Assembly: GCA_029863245.1 (NCBI GenBank)
Contig: JAOTVV010000008.1
Span: 17,651 to 81,650 of the forward strand
Source of the DNA: Gemmatimonadota bacterium
GTDB lineage: Bacteria > Gemmatimonadota > Gemmatimonadetes > Gemmatimonadales > GWC2-71-9
Direction of reading: 5' to 3'
DNA length: 64,000 nt
The first letter of the stretch is position 1; each line of letters opens with the position of its first letter. Positions 47,566 through 56,888 of this stretch are shown piece after piece. The position numbers were made by a program, and so were the translations under genes. The notes under the pieces were generated by a model. It was not told where the DNA came from, made no database searches, and was given only the letters and a program-made list of their open reading frames with translations.

Positions 47566-48504
47566 TCATGGCTGTCGAGGCTCGGAGGGCGGACGGGCGA
47601 TCAGGTTGAGCCGCTCAGACACGAGGGCGTGAATGGAATCGCCGGGGCCGCGTCCCGCCCGAGCCTGCTCGTACGCCTCGATGGCACCCAACACGTCTCC
47701 CAACGCGAACCGCACGTCGCCGAGCCCGAGGTATGCGAGGCGGCCGTCGTTGGTGTTGCCGCCCCGAGTGGCGGCGAGGCGGAACCAGGCCTCGGCACCC
47801 GTCGGCATGCCGTTGTCCAGGGCGCCGCGGCCCAAACGGAGAGCGCAACTCACCAAGTCATCCCGAGCAACGTTCGCCACCCGCGCATCTCGTTGCCGTC
47901 GAACCAGGCTCTCGTACACCTTCACCGCATCCTCACAACGCCCCATGCGGCGCAACACGGACCCGTACGCGTACATCAGTGAATCCTGGATCCTGGCGTC
48001 CGGCGCTCCCGCCGCTGCGTACAGCAGGATCGTCAGCGCCTCCTGGCCCCGGGGCAGATCCCCGAGCACCGCCACGGCCTCGGGCGCAAAGGATCCGAGG
48101 ACGCGCCCCGGTGCGGTCTCCTGAAGCGCCTCCAGGGCCTCTGCCAGTCCCGCCCGGTCGCCCCGGGTGATAGCAGCATTCGCCACGCGCACGAGTCCAT
48201 CGGCAGCTTCGCTTGCCCGTTCCTCGCCCCCAGCCACTCCATACGCTCGAAACTCCTCAGCAGCCGCAACGAGGTCCCCAGCCCGCAGGCCCGCTGCCCC
48301 CGCCTTGGCACGCAGGCTCGGATTGCCTCCGCCACGTGCGAGCGCCAGCCGGTATTCCACCAGCGCCTCTCCAAAGCGCGCTTCCGCGTAGGCTCCATCG
48401 CCAATGGACTCGTGATCGGCCGCCGACCCGACGCAGGCAGCAACCGGCCCCGTCGCGATCAGCAGGCCAGCGACGGCGGTCCGCAGGCGCCGAACGTTAC
48501 GCAT
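47566..48504 (-). CDS. Hypothetical lipoprotein with TPR-like helical repeats
   Basis: 312 aa. Signal/lipobox LLIATGPVAAC. Ala/Gly/Arg-rich helical repeats. No specific family recognised. Confidence 0.5.
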   Translation of the reverse strand: MRNVRRLRTAVAGLLIATGPVAACVGSAADHESIGDGAYAEARFGEALVEYRLALARGGGNPSLRAKAGAAGLRAGDLVAAAEEFRAYGVAGGEERASEAADGLVRVANAAITRGDRAGLAEALEALQETAPGRVLGSFAPEAVAVLGDLPRGQEALTILLYAAAGAPDARIQDSLMYAYGSVLRRMGRCEDAVKVYESLVRRQRDARVANVARDDLVSCALRLGRGALDNGMPTGAEAWFRLAATRGGNTNDGRLAYLGLGDVRFALGDVLGAIEAYEQARAGRGPGDSIHALVSERLNLIARPPSEPRQP

Positions 48505-49207
48505 CCTGTTCTCGCTCGAGCATGCTCAAGTAGGCGCGGACGCGGCGGTCCTTCGGGTAGGCCTCGGCCAGCGCTTTCCAGATTCCCCGAGCCATTGGCG
48601 CGTCTCCCGACAGATAGCATGCGAGTCCGTAGGTGGCACGGGCATCGACCATGTCAGGCCGGGCGACGACGACCGTTGCGAGTTCCTCGCGGGCTTCGAG
48701 CGAGCGGCCGGAATCCAGCAGCAGGCGGCCCAGACGATAGCGGAGGTCGTGATATTCGTCGCACAGCTCGAGGGCTGCACGATACTGCGTAATGGCCCGG
48801 CTCAGTGCCCCGGCTTCCGCGTAGGCCTCACCGAGGTCCGCGTGCTTGTTGGCCAACTTGGATGCGTGATGCGCCCTGACCCCCTGGCGGTCCTCTCCTC
48901 CGGAGGCCTTCGCCGCGGCAAAGGCCTGTTCCGCCTCACGCTCCCGACCCAGACCGGCCAGGACGATCCCGCGGTGGATGTTGGCCTCGACGTATCTGGG
49001 GTTCAGCACCAGCGCACGGTCGAACGCCGCCAGCGCTCGCTCCGGCTGGTCCACCAGCTCGTAGCACACGCCCAGCAGGTGGTGGGCGTCGGCAAACGCC
49101 TTCCCCCGCTCGATGAGGTCTTCGAGTAGATGGATCGCCCCGTAGTAGTCCTGGAGGCCGAACCGCTCCTTGGCCAGCTCGAGTTGTTGCTTAGAGCTCA
49201 GATCCAT
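48497..49207 (-). CDS. TPR-repeat protein
   Basis: 236 aa. Consecutive TPR motifs (HHLLGVCYELVDQPERALAAFDRALVLNPRYVEANIHRGIVL...). Confidence 0.65.
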   Translation of the reverse strand: MDLSSKQQLELAKERFGLQDYYGAIHLLEDLIERGKAFADAHHLLGVCYELVDQPERALAAFDRALVLNPRYVEANIHRGIVLAGLGREREAEQAFAAAKASGGEDRQGVRAHHASKLANKHADLGEAYAEAGALSRAITQYRAALELCDEYHDLRYRLGRLLLDSGRSLEAREELATVVVARPDMVDARATYGLACYLSGDAPMARGIWKALAEAYPKDRRVRAYLSMLEREQDA

Positions 49208-49470
49208 GGGTCTCCTGGAACCACTCGACGAATCGGGGGATTCCGTCCTCGATAGCCACCTGCAGGTCGTACCTCAGGGTGCTCCGGGCCTTGGACATGT
49301 CCGCATAGGATCGCCGGACATCCCCCGGTTGCTCCGGAAGATATTCGATCTCCGGCCTGACCTTCAATGCATGGCAATCAACTCGATCAGACGGCGGAGG
49401 CTGACTGTCTGCGATTCCCCCAGGTTGAAGACCTCGTAGGTCGCTGCACCCAGGTCACTGCGCCCAACAC
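49191..49470 (-). pseudogene. Remnant of an NAD-dependent sugar epimerase gene (C-terminal ~95 codons, frameshifted, no N-terminus)
   Basis: Manual minus-strand translation gives one frame ...GAATYEVFNLGESQTVSLRRLIELIAMH*. A 1-nt shifted frame continues ALKVRPEIEYLPEQPGDVRRSYADMSKARSTLRYDLQVAIEDGIPRFVEWFQETHGSEL*. Together these match the conserved C-terminus of GalE/WbpP-type epimerases. The region lies between the uxs stop (49506) and the TPR gene start. Confidence 0.5.
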
Positions 49471-49505
49471 GCCCTGCGGGGTACCGGTGACGGCGACCCG
49501 CGGGC

Positions 49506-50441
49506 TCATGGCAGCTGGATTCGTCGGAAGTAGTCGATGGTCTTCAGGAGTCCTTCTTCGAGTGACACCGTTGGCTCCCAATCCAGAAGTGACTTGGCCC
49601 GGGAGATGTCTGGCCGACGCTGCTTGGGGTCGTCGACCGGTAGTGACTCGAAGGTCACCTGAGACGCGGTTCCGGTGAGCCGGACTACTATGTCGGCGAG
49701 TTCACGCACGGTGAATTCATGCGGGTTGCCGATGTTCGTCGGGGCCTCGTCCCCCCGTTCGAACAGCCGAACGATTCCCTCAATTTCGTCATCCACATAG
49801 CAAAACGAGCGGCTCTGGTTTCCTTCACCGTAGATGGTGAGTGGCTCCCCTTTCAGTGCCTGCACGATGAAGTTGGACACGACCCGACCGTCGCTCGCGC
49901 GCATCCTCGGCCCGTAGGTGTTGAAGATACGCACGATGCGCGTGTCCAAGCCGTGATACCGATGGTACGCCATAGTCATGGCCTCGGCGAAACGCTTGGC
50001 CTCGTCGTAGACCCCGCGCGGGCCAATCGGGTTGACATGCCCCCAATAGGATTCCGGTTGCGGGTGCACCTGTGGGTCGCCGTACACCTCGGACGTGCTC
50101 GCGAGCAAAAAGCGCGCTCCCTTCGCCTTCGCCAGGCCCAGGCAATTGTGGGTGCCGAGCGATCCTACCTTGAGCGTCTGGATGGGAAGCTGGAGATAGT
50201 CGATCGGGCTCGCCGGCGAGGCAAAGTGCATCACCCCGTCGACAGGTCCGTCGACAGCGATGTACGTGCTCACGTCGCGCTGGAGAAACATGAACCTCGG
50301 GTGCTCGCGGATGTGCTCGATGTTTGACAGAGACCCCGTGATGAGGTTGTCGATCCCGACCACGTCATGGTCACCTTCCAGAAGCGCATCCGTCAGATGC
50401 GATCCCAGGAAGCCAGCCGCTCCCGTTACTACGATCCTCAT
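49506..50441 (-). CDS. uxs: UDP-glucuronate decarboxylase (UDP-xylose synthase)
   Basis: 311 aa. [52 protein letters not shown]. Confidence 0.85.
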   Translation of the reverse strand: MRIVVTGAAGFLGSHLTDALLEGDHDVVGIDNLITGSLSNIEHIREHPRFMFLQRDVSTYIAVDGPVDGVMHFASPASPIDYLQLPIQTLKVGSLGTHNCLGLAKAKGARFLLASTSEVYGDPQVHPQPESYWGHVNPIGPRGVYDEAKRFAEAMTMAYHRYHGLDTRIVRIFNTYGPRMRASDGRVVSNFIVQALKGEPLTIYGEGNQSRSFCYVDDEIEGIVRLFERGDEAPTNIGNPHEFTVRELADIVVRLTGTASQVTFESLPVDDPKQRRPDISRAKSLLDWEPTVSLEEGLLKTIDYFRRIQLP

Positions 50442-51748
50442 CCGACCGGCCTCCTACCGATACTCCGATACACGAACCCAAGCTCCCGCATTCGAGACGG
50501 CTCGTAGAGATTCCGACCGTCCACGATTATCGGCTGCTTGAGAAGCTCTCGCATCTTTTGAAAATCCGGGTTGCGATACTCCAGCCATTCGGTCACGATC
50601 ACCAAAGCGTCCGCTTCGGGAAGTGCCTCGTACATCTTCTCGGCGTAGGTAATCCGATCTCCGAAGATGCGTTGTGCCGAATGCAGCGCTTTCGGATCGT
50701 GGGCTTTGACGCGTGCGCCGCGCGCAAGCAGGTCCTCGATCAACTCGACAGCCGGACTCTCACGCACATCATCCGTCTTTGCCTTGAACGCCAAGCCCCA
50801 CACGGCAATCGTCCGCCCGGCGAGCTCTTCTCCGAGGAGCTGTTGGAGATTCACACGAAGCTTCTGCTTCTGACGTGCGTTCACAGCCTCGACTGCCTCC
50901 ATGATGTCGAGCCTCACATCAAGCTCATCCGCGGTTCGCATCAGTGCCTTGACGTCCTTGGGGAAACACGAGCCGCCATAACCCGGCCCCGGGAACAGGA
51001 ACGACGATCCAATACGCGTGTCGCTTCCAATGCCGCTGCGGATCAACGTGATGTCAGCGCCGACTCGCTCGCACAGCTCGGCCACTTGGTTCATGAACGA
51101 GATGCGCGTGGCCAGCATGGCATTCGCCGCATACTTGGTGAGTTCCGCCGAGGTCGTGTCCATGAAGATGAGTGGATTACCCGTGCGGATGAACGGGGAG
51201 TGCAGCTCTCGGAGCACGTCCTCGGCCTCCTTGGAGTCCGCTCCCACGACCACCCTGTCCGGCTTCATGAAATCGTCAATGGCTGCTCCTTCTTTTAGAA
51301 ACTCCGGGCTCGAGCACACGTGAAGCCGCTCATTCGTCCGAGCCGCAATCGTCCGACGAACCTTTTCTGCGGTCCCCACCGGCACCGTACTCTTCGTCAC
51401 GACGATCTTGGGACCGTTCATATGCTCGCCGATGACTTCAGCGACCCGCAGTACGTGTTGAAGGTCGGCGGCCCCGTCCTCATCGGGCGGCGTGCCGACC
51501 GCAATGATGACCACGTACGATGCCTCCACAGCGGCTCCCACATCCGTGGTGAAGCTCAACCTCCCGGCTGCCTGGTTGCCGACTACTAACGGCTCAAGAC
51601 CCGGCTCGTAGATCGGGATCCGGCCCTGCTGGAGGTCCTTGATCTTCCGTTCGTCAACGTCCGCGCAGATCACGTCGTTGCCGGTCTCGGCGAGACACGC
51701 CCCGACCACCAGTCCAACGTACCCAGTGCCAACAACAGCAACCTTCAT
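50438..51748 (-). CDS. ugd: UDP-glucose 6-dehydrogenase
   Basis: 436 aa. [35 protein letters not shown] catalytic Cys motif. Confidence 0.9.
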   Translation of the reverse strand: MKVAVVGTGYVGLVVGACLAETGNDVICADVDERKIKDLQQGRIPIYEPGLEPLVVGNQAAGRLSFTTDVGAAVEASYVVIIAVGTPPDEDGAADLQHVLRVAEVIGEHMNGPKIVVTKSTVPVGTAEKVRRTIAARTNERLHVCSSPEFLKEGAAIDDFMKPDRVVVGADSKEAEDVLRELHSPFIRTGNPLIFMDTTSAELTKYAANAMLATRISFMNQVAELCERVGADITLIRSGIGSDTRIGSSFLFPGPGYGGSCFPKDVKALMRTADELDVRLDIMEAVEAVNARQKQKLRVNLQQLLGEELAGRTIAVWGLAFKAKTDDVRESPAVELIEDLLARGARVKAHDPKALHSAQRIFGDRITYAEKMYEALPEADALVIVTEWLEYRNPDFQKMRELLKQPIIVDGRNLYEPSRMRELGFVYRSIGRRPVG

Positions 51749-51772
51749 AATGGATCTCCCCCGATCGCCGTG

Positions 51773-53077
51773 TTACCGTCTGCCGGCAAGCGCGTTACGG
51801 GTGTCCACGACGCGCCGTGCCCGCTTGCCGACCATGCCGAAGTCGAGCGTGCTGTGGTCCGTAGCGATCACAACACAGTCGGCGTCTGCCACCGCGTCTG
51901 CCGTCAGGTCCACGCTCGCGAGTTCGACACCGTCCTCGTGCAGCTGCGGAACGTGGGGATCATGGTACGAAATGTTGGCCCCCTGCTGCTGTAGCAGTCG
52001 AATGATGTCGAGCGCGGGGCTCTCCCGCACGTCATCGATGTCCTTCTTATAGGCGGCCCCGATCACCAGGATCGTCGATCCACGAACCGCCTTCGAATCT
52101 TCGTTCAGGCCCTCGACAACCTTGCGCACCCAGAACGCCGGCATCTCCGAGTTCACCTCGCCAGCAACCTCGATGAACCGGGTCTTGTAGTTGAGCGAGC
52201 GCATTTTCCACGCGAGGTAGTGCGGGTCGATCGGGATACAGTGCCCCCCAAGCCCGGGACCCGGCGTGAACTTCATGAACCCGAACGGCTTGGTGGCCGC
52301 CGCCTCGATCACTTCCCACACATCGACCCCCAGGCGGTCGCACACCATGGCCATCTCGTTGACCAGGCCGATGTTCACGCTGCGGAACGTGTTCTCCAGA
52401 AGCTTCACCAGCTCCGCCGCCTCCGGAGAGGAAACGAGAACCAGAATGTCGAAGACCGGACCATACAGTGCCTCCACCACCCGCTGGCAAGCCGGTGTAA
52501 CACCGCCTATGACTTTTGGCGTGTTCCGTGTCTGCCAGGTTGGGTTCCCTGGATCGACACGTTCGGGACTGAACGCCAGGAAGATGTCCTTCCCAACCTT
52601 GAGTCCACCGGCCTCAATCCGCGGGAGAAGCAACTCCCGCGTTGTCCCAGGATAAGTCGTACTTTCGAGCACGATCAGCTGGCCCGGACGAATGCTTCTC
52701 GTCACCGCATCCGCCGCGCTCAACACGAACGAGACGTCAGGATCCTTGGTCTTGGACAACGGAGTAGGGACGCAAATAGAGATCGCATCCACTTCCCGCA
52801 ATCGGCTCATATCCGTCGTGGCTGACACCTGGCCGCTTTTCACCAGAGCCGCAAGAGTTGAATTCCCAACGTCCTTGACATGCGAGCGTCCCGCATTGAT
52901 ACCGCTGACCACCGCCTCCTGCACGTCGAAACCGACGACCTTGAACCCGGCTTGTCCGATCTCGACGGCCAGCGGCAGGCCAACGTAACCCAGTCCGACC
53001 ACGCCGAAACGCGCCGTCCGATCGTCCGCCTTGCCGAGCAGTCCCTCCTCGATCTTCATTCCACTGTCCTGCTCCAC
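51773..53077 (-). CDS. UDP-N-acetyl-hexosamine 6-dehydrogenase (WbpA/WecC-like nucleotide-sugar dehydrogenase)
   Basis: 434 aa. FGVVGLGYVGLPLAVEIGQAGFKVVGFD, GLGGHCIPIDP. Substrate is inferred from the adjacent WbpB/E/D-like genes. Confidence 0.75.
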   Translation of the reverse strand: MEQDSGMKIEEGLLGKADDRTARFGVVGLGYVGLPLAVEIGQAGFKVVGFDVQEAVVSGINAGRSHVKDVGNSTLAALVKSGQVSATTDMSRLREVDAISICVPTPLSKTKDPDVSFVLSAADAVTRSIRPGQLIVLESTTYPGTTRELLLPRIEAGGLKVGKDIFLAFSPERVDPGNPTWQTRNTPKVIGGVTPACQRVVEALYGPVFDILVLVSSPEAAELVKLLENTFRSVNIGLVNEMAMVCDRLGVDVWEVIEAAATKPFGFMKFTPGPGLGGHCIPIDPHYLAWKMRSLNYKTRFIEVAGEVNSEMPAFWVRKVVEGLNEDSKAVRGSTILVIGAAYKKDIDDVRESPALDIIRLLQQQGANISYHDPHVPQLHEDGVELASVDLTADAVADADCVVIATDHSTLDFGMVGKRARRVVDTRNALAGRR

Positions 53078-53081
53078 GGGT

Positions 53082-54086
53082 TCACACCTCTACCGACGCC
53101 CCATGCGACGCCAGCGACTCGGATGCGGCTTCCAGGATCCGGATTACCAGCACGCCGTCCGCCGCCCCAACTCTTGGCGCCTCCTCTCCGCGTGCGACGC
53201 GCACGAAGTGGCGCAACTCGGCACTCAGCGGTTCCACGTTGGGAATCCGCGGGATTGTAATGTCCCCCTCCCGCACTGCAAGGCTCTCGCCATACGAGGC
53301 GTACTCAGGAGGCTTGTCAACTCCCTTGTCGTAGACGCGCAGCTTCTCCCGCGGCTCCATGTCATCCAGCACCACCATTCGCTTCGATCCTACGACCGTG
53401 AGCCGCCGCTCCTTCCGCGGGTCGAGCCACGACATCTGGACGTGCGCCATCACGCCGGATGCGAACTCCATGATCATAAACACAACGTCCTCGATGCCAG
53501 GCTGGAGGTAGCTCCTACCATGCGCCGACACGCGCACGGGTTGCTCACCGAGCAAGTCCAGTGCCACCGAGATATCGTGGGGACCAAAGCTCCACAGCGC
53601 GTTTTCGTCTGGGCGAATCTGGCCGAGGTTCACGCGTTGGCTGTACAGGTAGAATACCTCTCCCAGCTCTCCAGCCCCGATCATCGCCTTGAGTCGTTCA
53701 ACCGCTGGGTGAAACACGAGGAGATGCCCCACGACCACCGGGACGCCCTTGGACACGGCCGCGTCGGCAACCGCATTGGCTTCCTCAGTGGAAAGCGCGA
53801 AGGGCTTTTCCACGAGCACCGGTATGCCGCGCTCGATGGCCTGGAGCGCGAGCGCGGCATGGCTCGCCGCCGGCGTGGCAACCACAACGGCCTCGGCCGG
53901 TTCGAGTGCCTCGTCGACCGATGCCGTCACTGCGGCACCGGGATAGGAGCCTGCCATGGCCCGCCGCACCGACGCGTCAGGATCGCAGATCCCGACGAGT
54001 TCGGCCTCGGGCAGAGCGGCAAGCGTGCGGACATGGTTCCGGCCCCAGTTGCCCGCACCAAGGACCGTTACCTTGACCCTCTTCAT
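53082..54086 (-). CDS. Gfo/Idh/MocA-family oxidoreductase (WbpB-like)
   Basis: 334 aa. MKRVKVTVLGAGNWGRNHVRTLA..., EKPFALS. Position between the dehydrogenase and the aminotransferase. Confidence 0.7.
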   Translation of the reverse strand: MKRVKVTVLGAGNWGRNHVRTLAALPEAELVGICDPDASVRRAMAGSYPGAAVTASVDEALEPAEAVVVATPAASHAALALQAIERGIPVLVEKPFALSTEEANAVADAAVSKGVPVVVGHLLVFHPAVERLKAMIGAGELGEVFYLYSQRVNLGQIRPDENALWSFGPHDISVALDLLGEQPVRVSAHGRSYLQPGIEDVVFMIMEFASGVMAHVQMSWLDPRKERRLTVVGSKRMVVLDDMEPREKLRVYDKGVDKPPEYASYGESLAVREGDITIPRIPNVEPLSAELRHFVRVARGEEAPRVGAADGVLVIRILEAASESLASHGASVEV

Positions 54087-55198
54087 CGATGAAACTCGAT
54101 AATGGCGCCGATCACAGCTTCCTGCTGGGACTCTGTCAACTCAGGATAGACCGGCAGCGAGAGCACCTCGGCGCTGGCCCGCTCCGCCTCCGGCAGCTGG
54201 CCCCGCTTGTATCCCAGCCGCGCGAAGCACGGTTGGAGGTGCAAACACCCGGGATAGTAGACCGCCGACCCGATACCTCGAGCCGCTAGGTGCTCCCGCA
54301 AGGCATCACGCCGATCCGACCGGATCGTATACTGGTGATAGGTGTGCTCGTTGGCCGGGTGGGTCACAGGGGGGGTCACCCCATCGATGTCGGCCAGCGC
54401 TGCGTCGTATCGCTCGGCATGCGTCCGTCTGGCCGCGTTCCAACCATCCAGATGTTGGAGCTTTGCCAGCAGCACGGCCGCCTGGACCGTGTCCAGTCGA
54501 CTGTTGGTTCCAACCTCGTCGTGGTGGTACTGTTTCGCGCCTCCATGGATGCGCAGCCGTCGTAAGCGCTCCGCCAGGGCCTCGTCCTGCGTGACGATCA
54601 TGCCCCCGTCTCCCCATGCACCGAGGTTCTTGCTCGGGAAGAACGAAAAAGCACCCGTCGTTCCTAGCTCCCCGGCCATTCGCCACGCGCCACCGACCTT
54701 GCGCCTTGCTCCGATCGCCTGCGCAGCATCTTCGATCACCGCGAGGCCGTGCCGTTCGGCGAGCGGGACCAACGCCTCCATGGGTGCCATCTGCCCGAAC
54801 AGGTGCACGGGGACGATCGCCCTAGTACGAGCGTTCACTCGGTCCGCGACCTGGTCGAGGTCGAGATTGAAGGTCACAGGATCGATGTCGACGAACACCG
54901 GCGTGCCGCCGGCGTTGGTGATCGCACCGGCAGTGGCGAAGAACGTAAACGGCGAGGTGATCACCTCATCGCCCGGTACGAGGTCCAGCGTCTTGAGAGA
55001 GAGCAGGAGCGCATCCGTGCCCGAGGCGCAACCGACACCGAACCGCGCGTGGCTGTGCTTCGCCACCGCCTCCTCGAGCTGCCCAACCGCTTCACCCATG
55101 ATGAACCGCTGGGACTCCACGACACCGAGCAGGGCCGGGACCACCTCGCCCCTGATGGTGTCGAACTGTGCACGGAGGTCCAGCAACGGGACGTTCAC
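54083..55198 (-). CDS. DegT/DnrJ/EryC1/StrS-family PLP aminotransferase (WbpE-like)
   Basis: 371 aa. MNVPLLDLRAQFDTIRGEV, FSFFPSKNLGAWGDGG (PLP Lys). Confidence 0.85.
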   Translation of the reverse strand: MNVPLLDLRAQFDTIRGEVVPALLGVVESQRFIMGEAVGQLEEAVAKHSHARFGVGCASGTDALLLSLKTLDLVPGDEVITSPFTFFATAGAITNAGGTPVFVDIDPVTFNLDLDQVADRVNARTRAIVPVHLFGQMAPMEALVPLAERHGLAVIEDAAQAIGARRKVGGAWRMAGELGTTGAFSFFPSKNLGAWGDGGMIVTQDEALAERLRRLRIHGGAKQYHHDEVGTNSRLDTVQAAVLLAKLQHLDGWNAARRTHAERYDAALADIDGVTPPVTHPANEHTYHQYTIRSDRRDALREHLAARGIGSAVYYPGCLHLQPCFARLGYKRGQLPEAERASAEVLSLPVYPELTESQQEAVIGAIIEFHR

Positions 55199-55228
55199 GA
55201 AACCCTCAAATGCAAGAGAGACATTAAC

Positions 55229-55819
55229 TTACGTACTCGGATGAGGGTCCGCAATCGGCTCCAATCGCCCCTCCCGCTCGCAATACCCATCCCCACACCG
55301 ATCACACCGTGTTTGGCCATCAGTCAGGTGAAGCCGCTCCCCGCACTGACACATCCACCCCACGCGTCGCGCCGGCACGCCGACCATCAGAGCGTAGCGT
55401 GGAACGTCGGACGTGACAACCGCGCCCGCTCCGATGAACGCATACTCTCCGAGCGTGACCCCGCACACAACCGTGGCGTTCGCCCCAATAGCCACCCCGC
55501 GTCGCACCAACGTCGTGACGTACTCGCCCTTGCGCGACACGTGGCTCCTCGGCGTCGTAACGTTGGTGAAGACGCATGAGGGTCCACAGAACACGTCGTC
55601 TTCCAACACCACGCCCTCGTAGATCGACACGTTGTTCTGGATCTTCACGTTGTTGCCGATCTTCGTGCCAGGCATGACGACGACGTTCTGACCCAGGCTA
55701 CAGCGCTCGCCGATCTCCGCCCCTGACATGACGTGGCAGAAATGCCAGATCTTGGTGCCTTCACCAACCGTCGCACCTTCATCGACATACGAACTCTCAT
55801 GGACGAAATAGTCAGACAA
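55229..55819 (-). CDS. Left-handed beta-helix N-acetyltransferase (WbpD/WlbB-like)
   Basis: 196 aa. Hexapeptide repeats ([35 protein letters not shown]), [16 protein letters not shown] Cys-rich tail. Confidence 0.8.
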   Translation of the reverse strand: MSDYFVHESSYVDEGATVGEGTKIWHFCHVMSGAEIGERCSLGQNVVVMPGTKIGNNVKIQNNVSIYEGVVLEDDVFCGPSCVFTNVTTPRSHVSRKGEYVTTLVRRGVAIGANATVVCGVTLGEYAFIGAGAVVTSDVPRYALMVGVPARRVGWMCQCGERLHLTDGQTRCDRCGDGYCEREGRLEPIADPHPST

Positions 55820-55939
55820 CTCAGGCTCCCCCGCGCATGGATGGATGTCTACTCACCCCAGTACGCCTCCTGCCTCCTGCCCCCTGCACGCTGCACGTTA
55901 GATCGGTCCCCTGCACTCTAGCCATCTCCAGATCTCCCC

Positions 55940-56875
55940 CTATCCCCCCACCACCTGCACCTCTAGCACCAACTCCAGACCATACTCCTGGTGCACACGC
56001 TCACGCACCGCGCTGATCACCGACAGGACATCGCTCGCTGTTGCAGCACCCACGTTCACGACATAGTTGGCGTGCTTGCGCGAGACTTCGGCCCCACCCA
56101 CCCGAAACCCTTTGAGGCCCAGCGAGTCGATCAATTGGCCGGCAGTCCGTGGCCCATCTGCGGGCAGGGACTCCGCAGGAGGATTGCGAAACACCGACCC
56201 GCAGCACGGCTCATTGAACGGTGTTCCGGCCTTCCGCCAACCGAAGTGCTGCTGCACTTCCTTCTCGAGCTCGATTGGATCCGCTGGGTCCAGCTGGAGC
56301 GTCGCCGAGAGCACAAGGGAGCCCTCGAGGCCACTGCCTCGGTACCGCCACGGGACCTCGCTTCCTGTCACAACACGTTGACGCCCGTCGCCGCCGATCA
56401 GCTCGACCTCCGTCACCACCGATCCGAAGTCCTGCCCATGCGCCCCTGCGTTCATGAACACACCGCCACCCACGGTACCCGGCACGCCCACCAGTCGATG
56501 CACGCCGGCGAGACCGGCTTTGGCAGACCGACGGGCGAGCAATGGTGTGGGCAGACCTGCCCCGGCGCGCCACCGGGCTTGGTCTCCGTTGACCTCAGTC
56601 TCCAGTGGATCGAGCCCTTTGCCAAACCGAATGACGAGGCCGTCGAATCCTGCGTCCGACACGAGAATGTTCGAGCCCAGCCCCAGCGCAAACCAACGGT
56701 ACCCGTTCCGGGCGGCGAAGCGCACTGACTCGACCACATCGTTTTCGCAGGACGGAAACACGATCGCCGACGCGGGACCGCCGATCCGGTAGGTCGTGTA
56801 TGCCGCGAGCGGCTCGTCGAAACGGAGCTGTCCCGCGATGCGGCTGGCAAGCTCGCGCTGAGCGTTCGGGTGCAA
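55940..56875 (-). CDS. murB: UDP-N-acetylenolpyruvoylglucosamine reductase
   Basis: ORF 55940..56962. PLAAYTTYRIGGPA, LGLGSNILV, GVPGTVGGGVFMNAGAHG. Start is uncertain: the first listed start (56962) would overlap carB by 74 nt. An in-frame TTG at 56875 lies just past the carB stop and gives a typical ~311 aa MurB. Confidence 0.85.
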   Translation of the reverse strand: MHPNAQRELASRIAGQLRFDEPLAAYTTYRIGGPASAIVFPSCENDVVESVRFAARNGYRWFALGLGSNILVSDAGFDGLVIRFGKGLDPLETEVNGDQARWRAGAGLPTPLLARRSAKAGLAGVHRLVGVPGTVGGGVFMNAGAHGQDFGSVVTEVELIGGDGRQRVVTGSEVPWRYRGSGLEGSLVLSATLQLDPADPIELEKEVQQHFGWRKAGTPFNEPCCGSVFRNPPAESLPADGPRTAGQLIDSLGLKGFRVGGAEVSRKHANYVVNVGAATASDVLSVISAVRERVHQEYGLELVLEVQVVGG

Positions 56876-56888
56876 TCGGATGCCTCGC

